A DNA stretch of 61,446 nucleotides, counting the filler, from Squatina squatina (lineage: Eukaryota): assembly GCA_031763465.1 (NCBI GenBank). It is 3 parts of 3 records of this genome, joined end to end, with 100 filler letters (N's around TTAATTAATTAA, not from the genome) between each part and the next. Parts side by side here need not be neighbours in the genome. Positions count along the whole stretch, not along the records: positions 19,498 to 45,302 come from JARFOE010000072.1; positions 45,403 to 61,446 come from JARFOE010000192.1; 1 more part is not named here. One strand, written 5' to 3'. Shown here in pieces: positions 37,665 through 49,930 of the stretch. Position 1 is the first letter of the stretch, and each line of letters begins with the position of its first letter. A program made the position numbers and the translations under genes. A model generated the notes under the pieces. It was not told where the DNA came from, made no database searches, and saw nothing but the letters and a program-made list of their open reading frames with translations.

Positions 37665-37850
37665 ACTTACCCATGGACATCTCCATGGATACCATTGATG
37701 TTGTTCCTTGGCTATCCTGGAAGCTGCACTCCATGACTGTGCAAGGGTCCTCTCCCCGACCAGCTTTACTTCCTTCTACAAGATGATAAAAAGTGATGAA
37801 CCTTCAGAAGGTCTCAGTGTGAATGCCAGTCGACAAGCTGGGATTAAAGC
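37665..37850 (-). mobile_element. Possible ancient RTE-type LINE 3' end
   Basis: Minus-strand pieces IPACRLAFTLRPSEG and KEVKLVGERTLAQSWSAASRIAKEQHQW resemble the RTE ORF C-terminus pattern; frameshifted. Confidence 0.35.
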
Positions 37851-39421
37851 TTGGATTTGATCCAATACCATAGTGCACAGTTAGCATTTCATTCTCCCTC
37901 AAATAGTTCCCACTTTTCCGTACATTATTAGCAAGGTGAAGACATTAGTTATTATTGACTTGGAAGTACAATAGTATAAATCTTACTGACTGTGAATAAT
38001 TGGTGCTTCTGATCATGTACATTTTTCATACCAGTGGAANNNNNNNNNNNNNNNNNNNNNNNNNNNNNNNNNNNNNNNNNNNNNNNNNNNNNNNNNNNNN
38101 NNNNNNNNNNNNNNNNNNNNNNNNNNNNNNNNNNNNNNNTTACAACAATTTTAATAGCATGAACATTTTCAAAGGAAATAACTACTTTATAATAAGGCAA
38201 TAATTAAAAATAATGTATTTATTTAATATTAAAATTGCAGTTTCAATGTCACTTTGTCAGTTTCTAAGTTGAATAAAGCATAATTGCCACTTTCCTGTGT
38301 TCACATTGCCCTCTTTTGAGTAAATTTAATTGAACTGAGCTGGATAAAATTTAATTAAATATGAACTGAAGGGTATGCATTGGGAAGAAGCTAAATCCTG
38401 GGATGTATTACTAAACAAATCACATTTTCCCAATATTACAGCTTTGGAGTATTGTTGTATCACACATAATGCCTAAAATTCCATTAGTGTATTCCTAAGA
38501 TGCTGTCAGTAGGCAATGTGGCAATTACAGAAAATAGAGAGTGTCATTTATAACAGAAAAATCCCTCCTGGCTGAAAAAGGTCACATATTAGAAACATAG
38601 GTAATAGGAGCAGGAGTAGGCCATTCGGCCCTTCGAGCCTGCTCCANNNNNNNNNNNNNNNNNNNNNNNNNNNNNNNNNNNNNNNNNNNNNNNNNNNNNN
38701 NNNNNNNNNNNNNNNNNNNNNNNNNNNNNNNNNNNNNNNNNNNNNNTATCTGGAAATGTAAAATCCTATACGACGATTACGGGATGTCTGCATCTTGCTC
38801 GAGACAGCTTAAAATAAAGTTCAGATAATGTTACCTGATTTCAATTGCTTTTGGGTTATATAGTTGTGGACAGCAGAATGGCTGCATACATCCTGTAATC
38901 ATGTTAAGTGAATTACATTTTGTGGAATCGGGTTATATTTACTTGATAGGAATTGACAGTAATAAAAATGTTTGCACTGTAAAGCATTTAAAGAATGATA
39001 GCTTCCACCTTATTGCTGCTCTGGCACTTCCTTGCTGATCATCAATTAACACAGGAAATACAATTCAACTTTTGCCTTAACTGTTTCACACTATAAATGA
39101 ATTATAGGACAACAGAAGTTCATGGTCTGTATTTCTCATTATTGCTCAACCACTAAACATCCACTATCTATTATAATAAGCCCCAGCTGCAACAACACCA
39201 AATATGCAATTACCTATTGTTACAGGGCATAGAATTGATCAATTTTCATCTTCTAAAGTTTATTATGTTTCATTATAATTTCTCAAGTGTAAAGCAAATG
39301 GATGAGGCAGTCCTGCCCTTGNNNNNNNNNNNNNNNNNNNNNNNNNNNNNNNNNNNNNNNNNNNNNNNNNNNNNNNNNNNNNNNNNNNNNNNNNNNNNNN
39401 NNNNNNNNNNNNNNNNNNNNN

Positions 39422-39512
39422 TTCTCTCCACAGATGCTGCCTGACCTGCTGAATTTTTCCAGCATTTTTTGTTTATATTCTAGATTCCAGCATCTGCATT
39501 ATTTTGCTTCTG
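39422..39512 (+). mobile_element. Penelope-type terminal repeat fragment
   Basis: ctctccacagatgctgcctgacctgctga..tccagcattt is shared with 43311-43428 and 54825-54940. Confidence 0.65.
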
Positions 39513-42500
39513 TATTAGTACTATTACTGATTGTGTGAGGAATAAAGTTGGAACTTGAAAACAATTGCCATTTATCAGGACATTGCAAAGAATTTGATTC
39601 TGCATTATCAGTATAAATGTGGATTTGACTGCATTTACAACTAGCATTAGAATTATTTTCAATTTCTTTGGTACTGATAAATGTGCGATGCTTCCTTTCA
39701 GCAAACAGATATTAAGCAGTCGATAGATAAACATAGTTATGCTTTTTTGTGCAAGAAATCAGCTGGATGCTTTTAAAATCCATCTTATGGATTTAAAAAT
39801 TGCTGCTTTCTTGAAGGAGATTGCCCATTATTTCTTGCTTTTGTGGATTTAAAGGCAATTAGTAAGTGAATAGTGTGAGAGAGAAACGAAAGACCTGTCC
39901 ATTTTAGGGCATTCACTCTATACGAAGAATGCATTTGTCTCTGACTTCTCAAAGAGTCAGATGGAAAGAAAGCATGTCAACCTGTTACCAAGGTAACTCT
40001 TTCACAAATCTAACCATTATATTTGTATCTGAGTAAAAAGGATTGGACAGATGCCAGAATGAACCACTCAGTCTCCGGGTACCCTGCTGCGCTAATGCTA
40101 ATAGTCTGGAAATTCCAAACAATAATAGAAAGTAATTTATGAATACACTACAATGGTATAAATAAATCACTATTATCATAAATCAAGTAAAACTTTAGCA
40201 GCCCCATTTTGTTTATGGGAGCAATCTCCTATTTAATCATACTAGATTCAAACTCACCAAATATCAGTAGAATGTTTGCCTGAAATCCTAAATGAACATT
40301 AGCAGATTTTTGAACACTATGGAGGCCCAATTGGACAGTGCCGCGCTGGTAACTTCAGCTTCCAAAAATGTCTGTTTTTTGCGCAGTTTCTGTGCTGCTC
40401 TGTTGACGCGTGGAATTAGTCCCTTTAGAAGTATTTTTCAGGCGGGGTGCAAATTGGACTTGAATTGAGTGCAAATGGGCTCAGGTGTGGTGCTAAGGGG
40501 GCAAGACAGATTCCACCGGACCAATTGACTGAACTAGCTGATGAGACTCAATCACTTACCAGCCCACCTCAGCCCTTAANNNNNNNNNNNNNNNNNNNNN
40601 NNNNNNNNNNNNNNNNNNNNNNNNNNNNNNNNNNNNNNNNNNNNNNNNNNNNNNNNNNNNNNNNNNNNNNNNNNNNNNNATCCTCAAAGCATCAATGTCT
40701 TGTTGAAGACAGGTGCCCAAAACTCCACACATTATAAAATCAAAAGTTAAAATAACGGCTTCAGTTTTTTACTATACAACATCCTCAAGCAACATCATTG
40801 AACATGCTTAGTACCATTTGCAACGCGTTTCTATTAATTTTTTTTCAACTTTGATTTTTTTTCTACATTAATTTTCATATGCCATTCCTTAGGTCAGCAA
40901 TTTAATTTCTCCAGAACTCTTTGATTCCATTACACTACTGTGATCATACAGGTTGTTATCAGAAAATTTATGACTAGTAATTATCTTCATTTCTGAATAT
41001 GTGTGAATCTGGTATAATTTACAGATCTAACTGAGTCATTGCTTCTTACGCAATCTGGTTCATTGATCATCACCTTCTTCTTTGTATGTACAAAAGCAAT
41101 GTTTAATCCAGATTGTTAATGACATGAATTCAGCATCTTTACTTTCTGCGTGTGGTGAGTATCATATAATGGAGAAAAGCTATAAAGGGTTACTGCTGCT
41201 TGTTTAGCTCAGCAAGGTGAATGGTTCAAGGCAAAGCCTTGCAGAAGGTTGAGTCAGTGAGCTGTGAGGTAGACTGTCAAGCACCAGCAAGCAGATGCTG
41301 CATTTGATTGATAGGGTCGCTAATGTCTGATTAGAGTCTGACAGCTACCTTCTGTTTGTGATCTGGGAACTCAAGGTCTTGAATAGCAACATTGCCCATA
41401 GAAGAGGTATAGTTTATCATGGGATAGATGAAATAAAAGATTGAATTTAGAATTGATACAATTAGCTTACAGCATGTACTTGGGATTCTGGTCATTTCAG
41501 TCATAGCCCAGACTGATATACCCCTATCAGCCTATTGAGGATAAATAATTTAACCTAATTCTTCCTGATGTATTAATTACTGAGGCAAATTTCTTCAAAA
41601 CCCTATTGTATCTATCCTAAAGAAAGCCACCTCCTACTACTATAATCCAATCCTAGTCTGTGCCACTCCTCAGTGGTGTAAGACGGTAGGTTCCTTTGTC
41701 TAACAGTTTACAGAGTTCAGATCCGTAGAACNNNNNNNNNNNNNNNNNNNNNNNNNNNNNNNNNNNNNNNNNNNNNNNNNNNNNNNNNNNNNNNNNNNNN
41801 NNNNNNNNNNNNNNNNNNNNNNNNNNNNNNNAACTGACACTTCTGATCTATGTTCTTATATAACTGAGAAAATTTGGTGAAGGGCCAAGGCCAACAGGGC
41901 AGGGACAGCACCAAGATTAAGATGAGCAGGAGAAAAGATGAGGTTCAACAAGCAGTGATAGGTTGAGACAAATTGGATTGAGGGACAGAGAGTAAAATAA
42001 AGTCTGGTGACCACCCCAAAAAACTGAAAAATCCTTGTAGGCCTTAGCAGTATCAATAAGAGGAGCAGCTAACCTAAACATTTCAACCATCTAATTATGT
42101 GGCAGCTTGTGGCACCCAGATGAAGTAGAGAGATAATCCTCTGCCCACAGTAGCCAGATGAAGAACACTCACTAAAATCCTGAATGGTTGTTGTGAAGAG
42201 AATTGCAATGGGGGAGCTTTTCTGGAAGCCCAGACAACATACTGCCTGGTAGTATAAGTAGAATCATGACCTACTGTAATTAATAGTCCTTGCCTGAACA
42301 TCATCATAGATTACTGCCATCACGATTTTCAATAGTTAGCAGTTATTTCCTGAAGAATAATTTCCCAAACTACCAGTGTATGTGGCTTAAGGAACTATTG
42401 GTCATGTGCTTTAGCTCCTAGGCATAAATCTTCTTTTGGAAGCAAGGTATAAATAACTATTTGCTACATTTTGAGATATGAATACAATTATGCATCTAAA

Positions 42501-43310
42501 AACAATCTTTACCCATTACTGATGGTGCATGGTATGTGTAGTACATCTTGTAAAGATGGGGTAAGGAGAGTGTTAATCATTTAAATATATTTGAGGGCAC
42601 TCTTTGGTCTCAACACGCTTTGCCACATCTACAAGTGATGCAAAAGTAAATTAAAACTCCATTCACCAGAAACTCATTAGATCATGTATAGATCGTGTCA
42701 TCTGTGGCTCAGTGTGTAGCAGTCTCGTCTCTGAGTCAGAAAGGTTATGGATTCAAGTCNNNNNNNNNNNNNNNNNNNNNNNNNNNNNNNNNNNNNNNNN
42801 NNNNNNNNNNNNNNNNNNNNNNNNNNNNNNNNNNNNNNNNNNNNNNNNNNNNNNNNNNNGTGGGAACATCGTTTCCACCCGGGCAGATTGCAATTTCAGG
42901 GCCAATGTCTGAAAGGAATGAAGTTAAGAACTTCAGCATTTTGAGGTTGACTTTGCATTAAGCCACAGAATCAAGTGTTGTCAGGTCACTTATTTTCATT
43001 GCAGCAGCATGGGGTGTAGGGCTGCTGAGTTTCAAAGAATTCAGTTTAGAAATAACACTTGAGATGAACTGGGCAACAGCTGTTCTGCTACTGCCAGTTT
43101 GTGCCTCAAAATGAATTCATAAACATTGATGGATTGGAGGTACAAGATCAACTAAATTCTACCTTTTATGTATTCATTAAAAATGAATGCTCTCTCTTTT
43201 CAACTCACTGGGCTTCAAAAATAATGATGTGATAAATTATTTAAGTTGTTATTTCCATGAGTGCTGTTTCAGTTCAATATGTAATGCACCAGTATTACAC
43301 TTATACAGAA

Positions 43311-43428
43311 ACAAAGTACTGCAGATTCTGAAAATCTGACGAAAGGTCATCGACCTGAAATGTTAACTCTATTTCTCTCTCCACAGATGCTGCCTGACCT
43401 GCTGAGTATTTCCAGCATTTTCTGTTTT
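43311..43428 (+). mobile_element. Short Penelope-type insertion flanked by 18-nt direct repeats
   Basis: TATTACACTTAT(A/T)CAGAA at 43293-43310 and 43429-43446; an inverted tail fragment precedes the hammerhead-containing repeat. Confidence 0.7.
43336..43366 (+). ncRNA. Minimal (type I) hammerhead ribozyme-like motif
   Basis: Core CUGACGA, stem II AGGUC-AUC-GACCU, core GAAA, then UGUUA as a putative minimal stem III and cleavage triplet. Confidence 0.55.
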
Positions 43429-43517
43429 TATTACACTTATTCAGAATCATTTCTAATTGCTATTGGCAAAGCCGTTGTATTTGCAGATACCACTGCTGTT
43501 GTAACCGATATAAAATC

Positions 43518-43768
43518 CCGGGGGGCGAAATTGCCCCTTTGTATATCCCTGTTAGCGCCTCCAGGTGTGCTAACAGGGTGCAAGGCACTTTGTTGCCCGG
43601 GGTAGGGGTGCGTTACCGTCTCCCGAGAAATTGCCCGGGAGTTTGAAGACAGGCTGTCACAGCACGCTGCACCCCACGGTTAGCGCCCTGGGCCACCGCG
43701 CAACCAGAGATGATGTCATTGCCGTGTACAATGACCCCTCACCGCCCCATGCTGACCCCTTAATGCCC
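43518..43768. mobile_element. Left end of a GC-rich Harbinger-type MITE
   Basis: Starts GGGGGCGAAATTGCCCC with ttagcgcc subterminal repeats; truncated by a gap. Related left ends lie at 40321 and 49489. Confidence 0.55.
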
Positions 43769-44789
43769 NNNNNNNNNNNNNNNNNNNNNNNNNNNNNNNN
43801 NNNNNNNNNNNNNNNNNNNNNNNNNNNNNNNNNNNNNNNNNNNNNNNNNNNNNNNNNNNNNNNNNNNNAATATGGATTTTGGGAAGAATTTTATAGGAGG
43901 AAAAGTTCAGAGACTCAGGGATTTGTGAAGGGAGTTTCTGAGAAAATGGTTGAGGTGATAGAAGGCTCTGCCACCAATCCTGGGAAATGTGTATGTGGGG
44001 TGGGAAGGGGCGGTGTTGGCGGTGGCGCGGTGGGTGGTGGGGGTGGGGGGAGGCGGGTGCATACACAACAGACCTGAGTTGGAGGACCAAAGGATGTGAG
44101 AGAGTATATAAGGTTGGAAGAGGTTACAAGGATAGATTGGGACAAAACAATGGAGAACCTTGAAGAAAATAACACACTGTTTGTTTTTACCACTCAGGCC
44201 GTGGATTGTATTGATTAAAAATTAATTATATGCCAATGATGTGAAAAATATAGACTTGATAGGCTTGTGTCAATGTGAAAAGTATAATATCACCTTAACA
44301 TATGTCAATATGGTTTTAGCTTCTTGTACTGCAGCAATATCTATTGTTTTAACCACATTAAGATTCAAACCACATTGTTTTCAGAGTGCGTCTTATTACC
44401 TCACACTGAAGCTGGTGGGTTTATCACATATAGCTCTCCAGGGTACTTACAAGAACTGTTTTAGTGTTACTGCTACATTTTAAGTGTTCTTCAGATTGCA
44501 TTTCACAAAATAAATATTTATTTGAATGCATTTTCTCCCTTTGAGTCTGTTTCCTGTGCTTTACCAAGTGTAGAATTACAGACAGGGGAACAGTGCTTTT
44601 ATTAAACTGATCTTTATTTTGACCTCCTATTGATATGGGAGAAGTAAGCATGAAAATTTTAAAATTCATTTTCACTTGACATTCTTTTGATAGTTGACAT
44701 AACCATAGTCACAGGCACGGTGGATGTCAGTTTGTGACTCTGGTTAAAGCTGTATTGATGTTCTGGTGGGGTGGAAACCTGATTGGTTA

Positions 44790-45110
44790 GATTCAAACGG
44801 GGTTGTGGGAAAGATGGGCATGAATTTGAGAGGCAATAACACATTTAAGGACCCGGAGAAGACAGGGAGGTTAGAGATGGGGCAGTACTTTGCAACGACA
44901 GAGGGCTAAGGGTGTTTTCTTTGAGGAAAGGGGTGATGATGGGGTTTTTGAAAGGGAGGGGTACAGTACCTGAGGAGTGGGAACCACTTACAATGTCAGC
45001 TCACATGAAGGGAAATTAGATGGTCTTCACNNNNNNNNNNAAGTGATCACCTGGACGAGATGAGCTCCAAGAGGACGAGAGTGATAAAAGAGAAAGTACA
45101 GAGGGACATA
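44790..45110 (-). mobile_element. L2 LINE RT fragment
   Basis: Minus strand shows the decayed pattern LSSGTVPLPFK..ITPFPQ..ANY.PISNLP.LS typical of L2 RT. Confidence 0.65.
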
Positions 45111-45302
45111 TTCAGAGTAAGAAGATCTTCATTCACTATGTCTGCACCATAACATTTGTGTCAATGGACCTGAAGTTAAAAGATAGTTGCTAGTTCATCA
45201 TGAGGTTTCTTGATGCCATATGTGTCATTTGCAACATGCTGCAATATCCATCGAGGTGCCCATTACATACAGCCTCCATTAAGACATGCCATCACTCAAC
45301 TT

Positions 45303-45402
45303 NNNNNNNNNNNNNNNNNNNNNNNNNNNNNNNNNNNNNNNNNNNNTTAATTAATTAANNNNNNNNNNNNNNNNNNNNNNNNNNNNNNNNNNNNNNNNNN
45401 NN
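45303..45402. other. Artificial scaffold-joining spacer (44N-TTAATTAATTAA-44N)
   Basis: Same construct as 19398-19497; cuts the RREB1-like ORF mid-exon. Confidence 0.95.
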
Positions 45403-46773
45403 GGGCCGAATCTTCTTGTACTTGATCCCCCTCCTCCTCCCCTTCCTCTTGCCTGGTCCCACTGTGCTGATGGAAGCTTTCTCGACAGCACGCTTGGTGG
45501 TGTCGCTGGGCTCTGACTGGGAAGCGGCCTTTGTTGCGGACGATGTCTTTAGGTCCTCTGCTTTGTCAGGCAAGGAGGCACATTTAGTTACTTCTGCACT
45601 GTCCGTGACTTCCCTTTTCAACAAGGCCGGTACAGATGAGACGGAGGAAATGATCTGAGCTATGGAGGCCAAGGGCGGAAGCTCCTTTGCAGCTGCAGGC
45701 TTGGGCAGAAGTAGTGGCGGAGGAGGCTTCGGCCTCAGAGGGCGCAGGAGGCTGGTGCTCGCGACGACAGCGGGGAATCCTGCAGGACCGAGGGCTGGAA
45801 TCAAACCCTGCAATTGGGGAGAATGTTTTGTATTGATGTGTTTATCGAGGTTAACTTTTGCTTGAAAAGTGGACGGGCACTGCTGACAGTCAAATGAGCT
45901 GCCGTTAACCGCCAGTTGGCTCTCATCCTTGTTCTCTTTTTCTGCGTTTGCCTTCCCTGTCCCGGGGTTTTTGGGAACGGATAAGTCTATGGGCTCCATG
46001 GTGCTGTCAAACTGTGTGATTGGCGCAGTCAGCCTCCTCAGCAAGTGGCTCTCCTGTTTGTAGGGGTGCAAAGACACATTTCTGTTTTTTTGAGAAAAAT
46101 CCAATGGTTCGTCCAAGCCCATGGAAAAGATGTTCAGCGGCTCCATTTTTAAGGAGGTCTGAGGCAAGGTCCCGTACAGAAACCCGTTCTGAGGCTCCTT
46201 GTACGGCACTGGAGAAGCACCTGCAGAAATGCTCTCCTCCGACAAGGTTGGTGACACAGCTCCATTTTCACCCATGAGGCAATCAACTAAGAGTATGTGC
46301 TTTTCGATCTCCTTCTCTTCCACATATGTGTGCTGCTTGAGAATGTGGCGGATGCAATTGTTCTTTGTGGAGAAGCCCACGTTGCATTCTTTGCATTCAA
46401 AGGGCTTCTTCTGACAGCTGCTGTGCGTCCTCAGATGGTGCCGGAGCGCCCTGTAATACTTCAGGTCCTCGCCACAGTACTTGCAGACGGTGTCCGGGGA
46501 GCAGAACGAGCCCACCAGCTCAGCCGCGTGGCTTTGCACGTACTCGATATTCTTCTCAATGTCCTTCCTGCTCATCTTGAGGTGCTTCTTGCGCAGGTGC
46601 CTCTCGCAGTTTGCTTTCACCGTGAAAGGGTAGTGACAGATTTTACAAATGAACGGCCTCTCCCCGCTGTGCGTTCTCAGGTGGCGGATCAACGCTGCCT
46701 TGTCCGCAGCAATGTAGGTGCAGATGTTGCACTGGTATGGCGAGATGCCCAGGTGTGAGCGAATGTGAGCTTT
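45403..46773 (-). CDS. RREB1: Ras-responsive element-binding protein 1 (or paralog), part of the large internal exon; both ends in gaps
   Basis: SPYQCNICTYIAADKAALIRHLRTHSGERPFICKICHYPFTVKANCERHLRKKH..KDIEKNIEYV, CtBP-binding PLDFS and PIDLS motifs, LRPLRPKPP, ELPPLASIAQIISSVSS and the GRRRG basic motif are all RREB1 hallmarks. Confidence 0.92.
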
Positions 46774-46874
46774 CNNNNNNNNNNNNNNNNNNNNNNNNNN
46801 NNNNNNNNNNNNNNNNNNNNNNNNNNNNNNNNNNNNNNNNNNNNNNNNNNNNNNNNNNNNNNNNNNNNNNNNNN

Positions 46875-47340
46875 GCGCTGCACCGTAGGAGGGGCAGTAC
46901 TGAGGTAGTGCCGCACTGTCGGAGGGGCAGTACTGAGGGAGTGCTGCACTGTTGAAGCAGTAGTCCTGATGGAATGTTGCACTGTCGCAGGGGAATTAGT
47001 GAGGGAGCGTTGTACTGTCTGAGGTGCTTTCTTTGGGATGAGGCGTTAAACCGAGGTCCTGTGTGCCCTCTCAGATAGACTTAAAAGGGCCCAATGGCTC
47101 TATTTTGAAGAAGAGCTGGTTGGTTATCTCTGATCTCATGGCCAATATTATCACTCTCCCAACATCACTGACACAGGTGATCTGGGTCATTGTCACATTG
47201 CTGCTTGCTGTGCGCACATTGGCTGCTGTGTTTCATACACCAGTGACTGCACTTCAGAAAGTACTTAAATGACTGTAAAGTGCTTTGGGACGTCTGGTGG
47301 TCATGAAAGATGCTGTTGAAATATAAGTCTTTATTACTTT
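46875..47340 (+). mobile_element. Deu-domain SINE with an internal ~32-bp tandem expansion (46875-47025)
   Basis: About five units of cagtactgagggagtgctgcactgtcggaggg, then a normal SINE body and tail. Confidence 0.8.
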
Positions 47341-48402
47341 CATTTTCTGTAATGGCTTATTGGATTTTCACAATGAGTAGCTTAGACTTACAGATGGTGA
47401 AGGACCCAAGTTTGTTCATCAGTCAGTGTCAAGTTATCTGATCTCTGCCTCAATATTGGGATTCGGGAGATGACAATCGACAAGGGTTCCAGTGATCATT
47501 GCTGGAAGTGTATGTCTGTTAAATCCACCTGAGGAATATTGGGTTTAGTTGTTGTCTACTTTCAGTAGATCAGTCTGTTGCCATTCACTGCTGAGGCTCT
47601 CCAATGAACAATAGCCAGTTGGATGAGGTACAGAGCACTGCCAAAGCCCGTAAAGCCATATCACGGCATGGATCACTGTCTTGAGAAGGGAAAGAAAAAA
47701 AAGAAAGACCTTCATTTCTATAGCGCCTTTCACGACCTCAGCACGTCCCAAAGTGCTTCACACTGGAGAATTGGTCTCCCAATGTGAACCCTTGAACTGA
47801 CCAATAATTCTTCTGTAGTGTGACAGTGTGTGCAGACAGATCTCTTCCTCCCCACCCTAACCTAACATGCAATCCCACACTTCCTACATCAGCCTGCAGT
47901 CTGTGATTGGGCTGCTTTTATGAAACATTAATAATGAATATCTAACACCTTACACAGAATTTTCCTAATCTGTGATATTGCACATAATTGATTCAGCTCT
48001 GATCTGTGATTTTGAAAGCCATTCAATTTGTAATTTAATTTGTGATTCTGTAAATGTTGTGTACTGTTCATCACCTTTAACTGGAAATTGAAAGCTGCGG
48101 TATGTCTGTTTATTAATCAGGCATGCTTATTTTTAGAGCATTAAGCTAATTACCCGTTCTTATTTTCGACATAGCAAGATTCACAGTAAAGTTATTTCAC
48201 TTTTGAAAGAAGTGCATAAGAGTCAGGCATTGAAACCACAATATAATGGTTGCATGACTCTCTCGTGTGAGGCACAAAGACGGGTAAAGCTGTCGCCTCA
48301 GCAAACTGGAAAAACACTCGAACCACCTGTGAGTTTAGCTCAAGTAATGCATCAAAGCGAAGCTTGTTGCTAACGTTACTGATACCCTCAGCAACCGGCC
48401 AT

Positions 48403-48422
48403 AGAGAGAGAGAGAGAGAGAG
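48403..48422. repeat. (AG)n microsatellite
   Basis: About ten AG units seen directly. Confidence 0.9.
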
Positions 48423-49488
48423 GTCGGCAGGAATGAATCCCATAGTAACCGAGGAGGAGATGGATCATCAACACGACTCGCAGCCTGCATCACAAGCACT
48501 CCCTTCCCCTGACCTACTTCTGCATTCCCTGCTCCACACACAGCCACAGACAACCTCTGAAACACTCCCCAACCTTACAGCCATTCCGCTTCAGAGCTAC
48601 ACTCACTGGACCAGTGCCAGACTCCAGCTTCCCCTCACTGTCTTAATCTTTCTTGCAAACGCTGCACTTTATTTCTCTTCACCACTCCCCTCCCCTGCTC
48701 AAATGTAAAGTTAGGAGAGCAGTTCCCCTTCCCCCTCCTCGTCACATGAGATGAACACCTGTTTGCCTGTCTATCCAGGGGAGCAATTTGAGTTTCTTGT
48801 GTAAGAGAACTTGTGGGGGAATTCTTGGAGTACAATGTTGAGGGTGAAACAAGGTCACAAAAAGCATGAAGTATTTGAGCTTTAAAATAAAAATGAACTG
48901 CAGGCGGCAGTGGCTCGAAGCAGGGCAGTCTGCTGGAAACTGGAAGTCAGGCAGGGAGGCACCAATGGTAAGAGATAGGAGCCGAGACTGGGATGGGCCA
49001 GACACAGTGCTGCAAATGCTCGACTCAAATGTGAATGTGTCTTGGTTGGGAGAGGGAGGCAACAATTAGTTTTTACTTGTTAAATCTTTCAAAAAGTCTC
49101 AATTATTTGAGTGAGTTTTTTTTAAGAACTTCCACTTTCAGACTTTTTAATCTCTGTGCAGAATGAAAGTTGTTCAATTTGAGTGAAACACTGCAGATGG
49201 TTTGTGCCTGTAAATGCTCACTGTGTAGAATTAAAATGGGATGGGTTGGGTTTCGAAGAAAGTTTGAGATTGTGCAGATTGTGTTTTTTGATAGGCAGGA
49301 TCTTCAGGAAGGTGTGTTTAGCAAGAGGTGTTTTGTATTGAGGCAGAGAGCAGGATGATATCACATGCAACGATGCAATAATGACATCGACGTCTTTGCT
49401 TTGTGTGTCCAAACAAATTTATTCAAAAGTTTGTCAAACACTTTATCAAGAAAATGGTTATTTTGCTAACATTCGATTCACAAAATAT

Positions 49489-49930
49489 GGGGGGCGCCCA
49501 ATTGGACTTCCAGCCCGATTGCTAAATGGGCCTAGAATGGGCGTTAGCACTCAAACGTCCGTTTTCAGCACTAAATGTTAAGATGCGAAATTGGTCTTAG
49601 TTTAACACCGGCACTAAATGGGCGCAAATGTGGGAGTGCTGAAAACGTGGCGCTGGGCGTAAAATGGCCTCCATGATGTCATCAGAGGGCGCAGCACCCA
49701 AAATGGCCGCCCAGCGTTAAATTGGCCTCCGTTTTTGTAGCATTAATCTGGCGGTGACAGTGCCCAGTTTTTTGGGTGTCGATACCCGGAATGAACGTAA
49801 TTTTGAGCACTATTTAACCAGCAGTGAGCAGCAGCCATTTTGTTTTGAGAAATCGTGCCGTTTTTGATGGAAGCGTTTGTTGCCATTGCCATAGCTTCAG
49901 ATCCTTTCTTAGCGACTTTTCCGCCTGCTT
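49489..49930. mobile_element. Left part of a CpG-rich Harbinger-type non-autonomous element
   Basis: Starts GGGGGCGCCCAATTGG with repeated aaatgggc/ttagcac motifs; related to 32190-32710 and 40321-40579. Confidence 0.55.

Noticed and set aside
45416-46758. Plus-strand ORFs overlapping the RREB1 exon, and antisense ORFs over LHFPL6, RAG1 and RAG2
   Set aside because: They are shadow ORFs caused by codon bias on the coding strand.
46875-47025. 32-bp repeats as a CRISPR-like array
   Set aside because: There are no unique spacers, the context is eukaryotic, and the unit derives from a SINE.
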